From the human T2T-CHM13v2.0 reference genome, Homo sapiens, in NCBI RefSeq assembly GCF_009914755.1, contig NC_060941.1: a stretch of DNA of 64,000 nucleotides; one strand, given 5' to 3'. Below the pieces are notes generated by a model, which saw only the letters and a program-made list of their open reading frames with translations, was not told the origin of the DNA and made no database searches. A program made the position numbers and the translations under genes. This document shows positions 1 through 17,965 of this stretch, piece after piece; position 1 is the stretch's first letter, and each line of letters begins with the position of its first letter.

Positions 1-826
1 TAAAAAGGAATGAAATTATGATACATTCTACAACATGAATGAACTTGAAAATATTATGCCAAGTGCAATAAGCCAGATACAAAAGGATAAATATTGTATG
101 AGTCCACTTACATGAAAATACCTTGCAGCCAGGTGCAGTGGCTCACACCTGTAATCCCAGCACTTGGGAGGCCAAGGTGGGCAGATCACCTGAGGTCAGG
201 AGTTTGAAACCAGCCAGGCCAACATGGCAAAACCACGTCTCTACTAAAATACAAAAATTGGCCAGGCACGGTGGCTCACGCCTGTAATCCCAGTACTTTG
301 GGAGGCCGAGGCAGGTGGATCACCTGAGTTCAGAAGTTCGAGGCCAGCCTGACCAACATGGCAAAACCCCGTCTCTACCAAAAATACAAAATTAGCCAGG
401 CATGGTGGCTCATGCCTGTTAATCCCAGCTACTCGGGAGGCTGAGGCAGGAAGAATCGCTTCAACCTGGGAGGCAGAGGTTGCAGTGAGCCGAGATCGCG
501 CCACTGCACTCCAGCCTGGGTGACAGAGCAAGACTCTGTCTCAAAAAAAATACAAAAATACAAAAATAGCCGTAGTGGCGTAGTGGCGGGCACCCCTAAT
601 CCAGCTACTTGGGAGGCTGAGGCAGGAGATTCGCTTGGAACCGGGAAGCAGAGGTTGTACTGAGCCAAGATCACACCACTGCACCCCAGCCTGGGCAACA
701 GAGCGAGACTGTCACAAATAAAAGAAACAGAAAAAGAAAAGAAAATACCTTGAGAAGTCAAACTCAGAGAGAGAAAATAGAATGGGGGTTGCCAGGGGCT
801 CAGGATAAAGAGGGATGAGGAGTTAC
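1..826 (+). mobile_element. L1M (L1MA/MB-type) 3' fragment split by nested Alus (127-742)
   Basis: acaacatgaatgaacttgaaaatattatgccaagtg...aagccagatacaaaagg and tagaatgggggttgccaggggct are typical L1M 3' UTR sequence; gaaaataccttg flanks the Alu block on both sides (TSD-like). Confidence 0.8.
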
Positions 827-847
827 CGGTTTGTGTGTTTGTTTATT

Positions 848-896
848 AAGACTTAGTTAAGTACAGTAGTGAGAAGGGGGAAGAGTAGAATGGAGT
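848..896 (-). pseudogene. Y1 RNA (RNY1) retrocopy, 3' half only, with A-rich tail at ~829-847
   Basis: Reverse complement actccattctactcttcccccttctcactactgtacttaactaagtctt matches the hY1 3' end (ACTCCTTGTTCTACTCTTTCCCCCCTTCTCACTACTGCACTTGACTAGTCTT). Confidence 0.82.
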
Positions 897-2048
897 AGTT
901 AAAAAGTCCAATATACATATCAGAAGTGTGGGACACATCAAATGGAAGCCAAGCATATTCCTACCTCCTTGTGTGGCAGGTCCTAAAATACAGACGGACT
1001 GTGTCATTACTCTGAATCACCCTCAAGCCTTCGACGTGGCCCACACCCAAAGACAGCACCATTAATAACCTATCACGTACTTAGGATTCCTCCCAATACA
1101 GTACTCAGCAGCCACACCCGCCAAATAAATCCATGATGAGACATCTGCCATCCTTGCCTTAACATAAGTGACCTCTGAGAACAAATCTGCCCTTCTCTTC
1201 CTTCTGCAGGAACCCTTTCTCCTTTCCTTTGTGTAGAGCTTCTCCTGTGAAAGGCCCATTTTGGCCCATGTGCAGTGCAAGTAGACCGATACTCTCAGTC
1301 TCGCTGTTAAAGAAAGAGAGCAGAAATAACTCCGAATGGATCACCAAAATTTCTTAGTTTTGGAAAGAATATCAAATTCCACCAAGTTGCAAGTCATCAT
1401 TTCAGAGAATGGAAACTCAAAGCCTTGACTAGAATGATGGTTAATCTGGTTCTCCCAGCTGAGAACCCATATATTAAGCTAAACTAGTCTGGCTTTATTT
1501 AAAAACTAAGTAAACAAAATGAGAAATGCTTTTCACAAGTTAATTTTTAAAGTAAATGTACAAGGTGTATATTGTTTTATGTTGTCCAAAATATCAACAT
1601 ACTGGTTTTGCAAAAGCCCTTTACTACCGTATGCATACAAAAAAAGTTCTTCCCTTGGGTGATTTAATAGACCTAGTAAATGTCAGATAACTTAAATATT
1701 TTCGCCAGCAAGAGATACAGTAAAGTCTATGATTTTGATCTGAATTCAGTGCCCTGTACCCTGACTACTGCAGAGGAGAAGGCGATAAAATAAGAGGATG
1801 CTGTCATGCTTGCTCCTTAGCTTCTTTTGCATTCCTCTACATCTTATTCCATTTACAAGTTTATCTGTGTGAGGTACCAAGAACCCATAAAACAACCCTG
1901 AAGTTATTTATACATTTATTCAAACTTATAAAAGAAACCTAAGCACGTAGAAAATTGCAATGTAGCTAAGTTTTTTTCAAAAACAAATTAGGAAATTATT
2001 GACTGCCACTTGATGGGCTTCTGTGCTGCACTAAAAACATGACAATGG

Positions 2049-2870
<822 letters not shown>

Positions 2871-3249
2871 TTAAGGACTTTAATATATTTAAAATGTAAG
2901 ACATTTTTGTGGTTGGTTAAGGATTTCAACCATGACTGAAATCAGGGTTGTCTTCAAAATAATACTGATGTATTTTTTGTAACCAATTCATAAACCATCT
3001 CTCTCTTTCCAGTATAACTTTTTCTTACTATCCTGACTAGTCCATTGCCATTAGGCTTTTTTAAAGGTATGCTTTTTTTTTTTTAGATTTATAGTAACGT
3101 CAGTAAGGTTCTCTTAGACTAAAACTAAATAAGGACTAAACTATCACCAGTAGCAGTTCCTAATCGAATTAAGCCAAACAGTGAGAAATTCCCTGATGAC
3201 AATTCATGACTCACCAGGAGAAAGCTTAAGTATCGTGCTCTTTGAGTGG

Positions 3250-3390
3250 AAAGACTAGCTTAGCTAGACTACCCAGAGCCATGAGTTATTGCATCTACAA
3301 AGTTTTACATGTATGACGTAAAAGACTAGTTTAGCTAGACCACCCAGAGCCATGAGTCATGCATCTACGAAGTTTTACATGTATGAAGTA
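3250..3390. repeat. ~70-bp tandem duplication (2 copies)
   Basis: aaagactagcttagctagactacccagagccatgag...gtatgacgta is repeated at 3321-3390 with a few substitutions. Confidence 0.95.
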
Positions 3391-3643
3391 CATTCATGGA
3401 AGTGTCTAACAATTTAACACCATCTATAGTATGGGGCAACAGGAGACATGGGGACAGCAACAATCGAAAATCTAAATGATCCACAGATTTTTAACACAAG
3501 CCAAAGCCTAATTGTTTCTAAATCAACTGCCGCCAAGTTTCTCCCAGGCACTTTTCCATACGCCACTCCAAATTCAAAGCTATCTTCACATTTTGCATAC
3601 TCTTATTTGATTTTAGGAATGGGAAACATTACTCTAAGTGTCA

Positions 3644-4009
<366 letters not shown>

Positions 4010-4221
4010 TTATTTATTAATTAGAGACGGGGTTTCACCATGTTGGCCAGGCTGGTTTCAAACTCCTGACCTCAACAGATCTACCCACCTTGGCCTCCCA
4101 AAGTGCTGGGATTACAGGCATGATGAGCCACTGTGCCCTGGCCAGAAAAATAAAATTTCTAAATGCCAAAATAGCCATAAAAAATTAAAAGGCAAATAAT
4201 TACTCTTATAAACCTTTAAAA

Positions 4222-4222
<1 letters not shown>

Positions 4223-4266
<44 letters not shown>
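4223..4266. repeat. (CA)22 microsatellite
   Basis: Uninterrupted CA run. Confidence 0.97.
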
Positions 4267-4267
<1 letters not shown>

Positions 4268-5828
4268 TCCAAACTGTCAAGGTGTTCACCTTTCTTGGGA
4301 ATTTTTAAAATAATTTTCTTTTTACCTAGCAGAATCAAACATTTTTTAAAGTTCCTGGTGGTATGAAGAACACAATAAAAAGTGGCACTTTGATACAGTT
4401 AATAGTGGAAATACAAATTAGCAAAGCCTTTCTAGAAGGCAATCAGTAATATTTATGAAGAACCTCAAAAATATTTATTTTCCTTAACTAAGAAATGACC
4501 AGAAATTTATCCGAAGAGAAATAATCAAGGATTATGTATAAATGTTTTCATAAGGAAAATCCACAGAAGCACTAATTATAATTTAAGTGGTTTACAACTA
4601 TAATTTGAAAACCCAGAAGTCAAGATGTGGGGAATATGATAGTAGCAGCATATGAAGGAATGCTATGCATCTATTTAAAATACTTTACAAGAATATTTCA
4701 GGACATGGGGAAATATTTACAATTTTTAAAAGATAAGATATTCTGAATATATCTAACTCTTAAAACACATACACTACACACTTTTGACAACAAAAAGCTT
4801 TGGCCTAATCGTGTCTTCTAGTTCAAGGTGTCAGTGCGGGCACATGTGCTTATCTCCTCTTCCCTCCTAAGAAGTTAAATAAATTTTTCTAAAGAAATTA
4901 AAAAATAACTTTTTAATTTAAAGTATATTAAAAAGACCAGGTGGATTGCCCATGGCTCTGAAAGATGAAAACGGATGGAAGAACGTGAACTGAGTAAGCA
5001 GAGTGGAGGGAGCAGAGAGCAGAATACTCACAGAGGAGCTGCAGCGAAGGAGGAAGGCTAATCTTCTGGGCAGAACCCCAGAGAGGCGCCAGTTCAGTGA
5101 CCGTCGTACGAGGGAGATCAGTAGTGAGAAGTGGGACTGAAAACATCTGTCATAGCAAGAAGTCAACAGAGAATGTCTAAAGTTGATAAACCAAAACATA
5201 AACACTATAAATATATTATTTAGAAGCATGGAGTTAAGCCCCCAGGAGATCTGAACCTAAAAGGTTTTAAAAAGCAGTTGCCTCTGGGGAATTCTTCATT
5301 ATCCTTCACTGAATGCATTGTTCACTATTAGGCCTCTTGAATCACTGGTATTTGATTATTTGGGTTTTTTAAAGCTAAGTATATATACATATACATAATG
5401 TTGATTTTTAAGTTTTTATTCTTTTTTTATTTTACATTGTGTTCACTTTGCTTTCATACACAAACCTCAATTTTACTTCTTGTCCACTAAGTCAGAGGCT
5501 ATATTCTATTTGGCAGTGTTTTTCAACCGTAAGTCACACAGTCATGAAATAGATCTAGTGGAACATAACCAGCACTCATTTTTCCTAACAGAAACAAAAA
5601 ATAAAATAGGGTTATTGTTGGTGAAGCTTTCATTTCAGCCACAAATGTTTAATAAAAATGCATGTGCTGGGGTACTATGGAAAATACCTTCCCTATTGTA
5701 TCTACTCTCAACCCAGCAGGCAGAAGTAATCCTGGAAAAATGTGAGTCACATCATGTCACTATACCAACAGCTTCCCATTCTCACTCAGAGCAATGGCCT
5801 GTGTGATGGCCTATAGGGTCCTTCAGAA

Positions 5829-6010
5829 TTAACCAGCATCTCTCTCCAACCTTCAGCTAACCGCTCTGCCACCGCAGGGGCTTTAACCAGCATCTCTCTC
5901 CAACCTTCAGCTAAGTGCTGTGCCACCTCCCTCCAGCATTCAGGGGCTTTAACCAGCATCTCTCTCCAACCTTCAGCTAACCGCTCTGCCACCTCCCTCC
6001 AGCGTTCAGG
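5829..6010. repeat. 3-copy minisatellite (54/66/62 bp) inside an L2 fragment (~5700-6320)
   Basis: ttaaccagcatctctctccaaccttcagctaa starts at 5829, 5883 and 5949. The flanks resemble the L2 3' region. Confidence 0.92.
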
Positions 6011-7937
6011 TCAGCCCCATTTCAGGGCCCTTGTGCTTGCCTCACCTAACCTCTGCATGATTCACTCATTCACCTGAGTTCCTCGGTCCACTGTCACCCT
6101 ATTTTTAATGAAACCCCACCCCCTTACACACTCCTTATTTTATCCTCTTTCCCTGTTCTAGTTTCCACACAGCACTCTACACTTTCTATTAATTCTTCTC
6201 TCCCCTACCCTAACTACAAAGCAAGCTCTATAAGAACAAGGGTTTTTGTTTATTTACTGATATAGCCCCAGGACCTGTGACAGTCTCTGGCAGTAAATAT
6301 TTGCCCAAGAAATGAATTACTTAAAAATATGTATCACTTTAGGAAAAAGCCATGTTATTGGCAATGAAACACAACAATTCTTAAGTTTGGAACACAAGAA
6401 ATTTGGGTAGGAATTTTGATGGTTGAGGATAAGCTACAATTCAGACGCCAGACCGTAAATTCCACCTATCGCAATATTGAGTAAGTTGCTGGCATACTCT
6501 AAATGTGCAAGTCTACTGAAATGACCTTCGTTCACATCAAAAGTAATGTAAAGAATGTGTGTATCTCAGCCATCATTTTAAAAGAAGAGAAGAAAAAAAC
6601 TTACGGGCGAAGCTGTTCCCTAAACAGCTAAAATATGTAAAATGTAAAAGACGGGCCGGGCACGGTGGCTCTGTCTGTGATCCCAGCACTTGGGAGGTCG
6701 AGGCAGGCAGATCACCTGAGGTCAGAAATTCGACACCAGCCTGGCCAACATGGAGAAACCCCATCTCTACTAAAAATACAAAAATTAGCTGGGCGCTGGC
6801 CAGGTGTGGTGGCTCACACCTGTAATCCCAGCACTTTGGGAGGCTGAGGCGGGTGGATCACAGGGTCAGGAGATCGAGACCATCCTGTCTAACACAGTGA
6901 AACCCCGTCTCTACTAAAAATACAAAAAATTAGATGGGTGTGGTGGCACGCACCTGTAGTCCCAGCTACTGGGGAGGCTGAGGCAGGGGAATCTCGAACC
7001 CAGGAGGCAGAGGTTGCAGTGAGCCGAGATTGCACCACTGCACTCCAGCCTGGGTGACACAGTGAGACTCCGTCTCAAAAAAAAAAAGTAAAAGACTTAC
7101 ACCTTTTGCCTAATTCGCAGTCAAAGTCTCACTCTTAGTAACCACAAGTTGTACACGTTCACAGTTTTCACTATTCCCTTCAACCCTGAATGAAGACCAG
7201 GGGGCTTATCACTGATCACCTTCATTTCCTCAGAAGAAAACAAAGAGGTGACTGGCATTCAGGAGAAAATCACATAGCAGGTCTTGAATTGTGGCACGTG
7301 AATGGCAGAACATGTCAGTTATAATTTCCATGGTTTTTTTTTTTTGACAGGGTCTCACTCTGTTGCCCAGGCTGGAGTGCAATGGCATGATCATGGCTCA
7401 CTGCAGCCTAGGCTCCTAGGCTCAAGCCATCCACCTGCTTTGGCCTTCTAAAGTGCTGGGATTACAGGCATAAGCCACCATGCAAGGTACATTTCCATTA
7501 TATTTTTCTAGCACATTTTGTAATTCACTGAATGAAAAAAAAAAATCTTTGGGAAAAAGTCATTGAACACTTCTCCCTCATAAACAAAAAAACACATGGC
7601 AAAATCAGATTTCTACTGTGTACAAAAGTTTATCCAACTGTAAAAAATAGTATCTCTAAGCCTGCTTTTCTATATTTCATGCCATTAATAAAACACAAGA
7701 CTTGATAAAACCATTTTACTCATCACTTCTTAGAGAGTAAATTTTAATATTAGTCACTTGTAACTGGTTTTAACCCATCTTCTCAAAAACAATGTGGTTT
7801 TACCTGTTTGTTTGTTTGTTTTTGAGAGGGAGTCTCTGTCGCCCAAGCTGGAGTGCAGTGGCACAATCTCAGCTCACTGCAACTTCTGCCTCCCCAGTTC
7901 AAACGGATTCTCCTGCCTCAGCCTCCCGAGTAGCTAG

Positions 7938-8102
<165 letters not shown>

Positions 8103-8129
8103 TAAGTAAAAGTTTTTTTTAAAAGAGGA

Positions 8130-11920
<3,791 letters not shown>

Positions 11921-12000
11921 ATTATATTTATCTCAGACACTGGTCTAGCTAGGCAGTATGCATGCTTCAACTCATTTACTCTCAAAACAATTTGATGATC

Positions 12001-12265
12001 TGGAGTGAGAGTCAAAATATTTAACAGCAGGTATAGAATAGATGCCGATCAATCAGAAAAAATGCCAGAGCTAGGCTCTGCTGCAGCACCATCCTCTTTG
12101 TGCCAAACATAATTATCCCTTCAGCGGCTAGATAACCAAGGAAGAGGCAAGTATCTTAACGACCTGTACAATGACGGTGCTAGTGCCTACTGACCGAGCA
12201 CTACTCCCTGCTCAGGGGAAATGTCTGGGACTGGTACCGCTCGGGAGTAGTTCTCAGTCAGTCAC
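12001..12265. mobile_element. Old hAT-Tip100-like DNA element (ORSL/Arthur-like) inserted in a MIR
   Basis: aaatatttaacagcaggtat...gccgatcaatcagaa resembles hAT-Tip100 subterminal sequence. MIR-like sequence flanks it (11930-12000, 12280-12306). Confidence 0.45.
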
Positions 12266-12518
12266 AATACCATAGTAATGGTATTATCCACCTCTATTTT
12301 ACAGGTATTCTTTCCTTTTAATATCAGGAATGTATATTACATTTTATGAAAATTTTTCAACAACAGTAACAACGAACGCTTTTTCTTTTCGACATTAACA
12401 TCATGTTAGATCAAGAGATTAAACCTGAGTTTGTGGAAGATTGACACCTTTTAAGTTTCTTCTTGGGTTATATTTACTATTATTTTATTTTAGAAAGGCC
12501 ACATAGCATAGAGGTTAA

Positions 12519-13109
<591 letters not shown>

Positions 13110-13366
13110 TCAAAAAAAAAAAAAGTCAAAGCCAAATTTTCCTAAAATAACAATAAAACGTATTCCTTCTCTCTTTTCCTTTTTCTTTTCTTTTCCTTCT
13201 TTTGATGGAGTCTCACTTCTCTCAGCCTGGGGCTGCACGGGCTGGAGTGCAGTGGTGCAGTCATAGCTCACTGCAGCCCTGGCTGTGGGCTCAAGCTATC
13301 CTCTCACCTCAGCTTCCTGATTAGCTGGGAACACAGGTGCATATGGCTTTTTTTAACTGTTTGTAG

Positions 13367-13540
<174 letters not shown>

Positions 13541-13717
13541 TGATACTGAGGTTCTGATGTTCTTAGAGAACATAGCTACTGAATTTTCAAAATAGGAATA
13601 TACTTAAATCCAGTGAGAGTTTGAGTAGATTTTCCAAGCATCTCCCGGTTCCAACTCTCCTTCTAATGTTCCCACTTTATCTGCACTAACTTTACAACTG
13701 GTCCTAAAACTACAATT

Positions 13718-14018
13718 ACATGTTGAGGGAGGGACCTCATGGGCTGTGATTAGATCATGGGGGCATTCACCCATGCTGTTCTCGTGATAGTGAGTTCTCA
13801 CGAGATCTGATGGTTTTATAAGGTGCTTTTCCCCGCTTCGCACTGCACTTCTCTCTCCTGCCGCCATGTTGAAGAAGGATGTTTGCTTCCCTTTCTGCCA
13901 TGATTGTAAGTTTCCAGAGGCCTCCCCAGCCATGCAGAACTGTGAATTAAACCTCTTTCCTTTATAAATTATCCAGTCTCGGGCAGTTCTTTATAGTAGC
14001 ATGAGAACAAACTAATAC
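13718..14018 (+). mobile_element. ERVL-MaLR solo LTR (THE1/MSTA type), 5'-truncated
   Basis: catgctgttctcgtgatagtgagttctcacgagatctgatggtttt; gccatgattgtaagtttcc; attaaacctctttcctttataaatta; ends gaacaaactaatac. Confidence 0.9.
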
Positions 14019-14639
14019 CCAACATACTATTTTTTTTTATTTTTTCTTAAATAGAGATGGGGTCTCACAATGTTGACCAGGCTGGTCTTGAACTCCTGGT
14101 CTCAAGTGACCCTCCCATTTCGGCCTTCCACACCCGGCCCCTTAATTCACGTATTTAAAAAAAAAAAAAAAAAAAAAAACCTTCAAAACCATAACATGAA
14201 TATAACAAAATTACAATGTTTCTGATTAGAACTATGAAAATCTTGTCTTTCCAGGGTGAGTTTTAAGTTGATATTCTGTGTGAGTAGCACCTTTGGTGCC
14301 CAGTGTCTTTACAAAAAAAAAAAAAAAAAAAGATGGCATAACTAGAAATTACTGACTGAGCCATCTGGCTCAAATGAAAAGCCAGTATTTTCAGAGTATT
14401 AGTCACACACTGAAAGAAGCTGGTCATGCAAATCACATTGTAACTTTATAAATATTACAAACTTAACAATTTCAGTCAACACTTACTGGGTACTATGTTC
14501 TGTAATCATCCCTTTATAAAGTATTAAACTTAATACTCACAAAAATCATGAGATAAGTATGAAAATGTTCCCCATTTTACCCAGACATATCGTCTAACCT
14601 GAATCTCTGCCGATGTATTTACTTCTCTACCTTCTCTCA

Positions 14640-16445
14640 TGTTACTCTGGATCAACTGCCCTTGCTCCTAATAAGGCTTCCAAACTGGCCAGTAATTAGA
14701 TCTGATCTCATTCTTCCCACTCAGATGTCCTCAAAGACACTGCTCCAGAAATTCCTACCCTCTCCTGTGTCATCGGTTCTTCTCTCTACTAAATTCAATC
14801 CCATCAGCATCAAGCATGCCACTAGCAATTCTCCAACTTTACACACACACGCATGCAGACACATACACAAATGAAGCCCACAAGCCCTCCAGTTACTGCA
14901 CCATTTCTCAACACCCCTTCACGGTACAACTTTAAGAGTTGTCTTCATTCCTTATCTCCACTTGCTGCTCTCCTTCCATTCTCTCAGGCTCATACCAATC
15001 CGTCCAGTGCAACTGCCTTTCTCAAAGTACCATTCACCTCTAGTGGTCACTCATCAGTCCTTATCTTACCCAAACTCTTTTTTGACACAGCTGATCTCTC
15101 TTCCCTTGAAGCTTTCTTCACTTGGCTTAAAGGCCACAGCATTCTGGTTTGCCTCCTCTGACACCTCACTGACGCCGCTCACACTCCTTCACTAGCTTCT
15201 GGTTACTTATCTGGCTTCTTAATGCCAGTGTGTCCCAAGACTTAGTCCTCAATCTTCTTCACCTATCTACATTTACTCCCTTATTGAGCCCATCCAACTT
15301 CATAGTTTATATGCAATCCATATGCTAACAATTTCCCACTTTATATCTCTAAGCTAAACCTCCTCACTGAATTCCAGATCAAATATAGTAAGCTGCCTAT
15401 GTGACTTCTCTACTTCAGTGTCTAATAGACAAATCAAAAGTAGCATATTCAAAACCAAGCCCCTGATTATCTCTCCTTGTCCTGCGTCTTTCTTTTCCAT
15501 TTCAGTTAATGTCAACTCCATCCTTTCAGATGTTCAGGCCAAAAACCCTGAAATCATCCTTGACACATTCTCTCACACACTCTACCCTTCAAATATTGTG
15601 TTCCTTCTAGGCCAGGCGCAGTAGCTCATACCTGTAATCCCAGCATTTTAGGAGGCCAGGCTGGACAACAAAGTGAGACCCCATTTCTACAAAAAATGTT
15701 AAACATTAGTCAGGCGCAGTGGTGCATGCCTATGGTCCCAGCTACTGGGGAAGCTGAGGCTTGAGCCCAGGGGTTCGAGGCTGTGGTGAGCCATGTTTGT
15801 GCCACTGAACTCCTGCTGGGCAACAAATCGAGATCCTGCCTCAAAGAAAAAGAAAAGAATTCTATTCCACCAGCAAATTCCAACAGCTCTATTTAGGAAA
15901 TACACCCAAGAATTAAACCACTTTGTTCTCGGCTCCAATACAGGTCCAAGCTAGCATCATGTCTCATCTGACTCTCCGTGCAGTCTATATTCTCAGCATA
16001 GCAAGCCAAGAATGATCTCATTAAAATGTAAATCAGGTCATATCACTCCAGTGCTGAAAAACCTCACGGGTACCTCACTCTGAGTAAAAGCCTAAATCCT
16101 TACCTGTAAAAAATCACACAGCCTCCCCTCCACACCCTTTGCTGCTCCTCTGACATTGCCAGGCCTCTCTCCCACTGCAGCGCCCCTGTACTGTTCTTCT
16201 CTTGGCCTGGAAAGCTCTTCAAGACATCAGTACTCCACCCTCAACTTTTCATTCCCTTTCCCCGCTTTATTTTCTCTCCAGGGCACTTATCACTACCTAA
16301 TACACCACATTTTTAATTTAATTATCTAGTTTACCATCTGTCTTCCCACAATAACTGCAAAACTTTGTACCAGCAAAACTTTCATGTCCTGTTCTTTAAT
16401 GTACTGCTATGTTTACAAAAGTAGGCACTCAAATATTTGTTAAAT
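14640..16445 (+). mobile_element. L2 LINE remnant with an internal AluJ (15610-15860)
   Basis: Pyrimidine-rich L2 ORF/3' sequence ending gtaggcactcaaatatttgttaaatg. Confidence 0.85.
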
Positions 16446-16546
16446 GTAGAATTCAATTTGAAGATTATGTGTGATCTGCCAGCACTTTAAATTCAAAGTA
16501 CCAACATAAGGTAATTTTTACATGATCCTATGGCTTAAAGGCTCTA

Positions 16547-16777
<231 letters not shown>

Positions 16778-17613
16778 TTATGTCCAAGCCCTCTTTTCAT
16801 ATATATGAAGGTTGGTTTGGGTGGCATTTCACTATACTCTTCTTCAAACCTTTTTTCTTTTTTTTTTGAGACGGAGTCTCGCTCTGTCGCCCAGGCTGGA
16901 GTGTGGTGGCGCAATCTCGGCTCACTGCAAGCTCCGCCTCCTGGGTTCACGCCATTCTCCTGCCTCAGCCTTCTGAGTAGCTGGGACTACTGGCGCCCAC
17001 CACCACGCCCGGCTAATTTTTTGTACTTTAATTAGACACAGGGTTTCACTTGTTTGCCAGGATGGTCTCGATCTCCTGACCTCATGATCCGCCCGCCTCA
17101 TTCTCCCAAAGTGCTGGGATTACAGGCGTGAGCCACCGCGCCCAGCCTCAAACCTTTTTTCAAGAGGAGCAGAAACATTTATACTGGTAGATTTCTCCTC
17201 AGTTGCAACAGATACAAACTCTGGAGACTAAAGCTCTGGGGATGTTTCTGGAAAAAAATAGCAATGACTATTAGCCAAAAGACAAAAACAGGCAAACAAA
17301 TACAATGGTACTCCAACAGGCTTCTAAAACAGCACTAAGTCCTTCATTTATTGAAGGAGGAGCCAAGGTTATTCTCAATCAATCGTAAAGCAAGTTCATA
17401 GGAGGAATAAATTGCATACCAAGAAAAAAAGCAATCAAGAGTTAAGTACTTAGAGCTGTTAACACTGAGTGTTATACAAAGTAAGTCTGTACCTCAAAGA
17501 ATCTACAATCAAGAAGCCCGGCCGGGCGCGGTGGCTCGCGCCTGTAATCCCAGCACTTTGGGAGGCCGAGGCAGGCGGATCACGAGGTCAGGACATTGAA
17601 ACCATCCTGACTA

Positions 17614-17965
<352 letters not shown>

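Noticed and set aside
5829-6010. Repeat-spacer-like pattern resembling a CRISPR array
   Set aside because: Human DNA, the inter-repeat segments are themselves homologous, and there are no cas genes. It is a minisatellite.
7095-7255. Possible minus-strand cryptic exon with a GT|GTAAGT donor at ~7100
   Set aside because: The upstream acceptor candidates are weak (GAG, or a short pyrimidine tract), so there is too little support.
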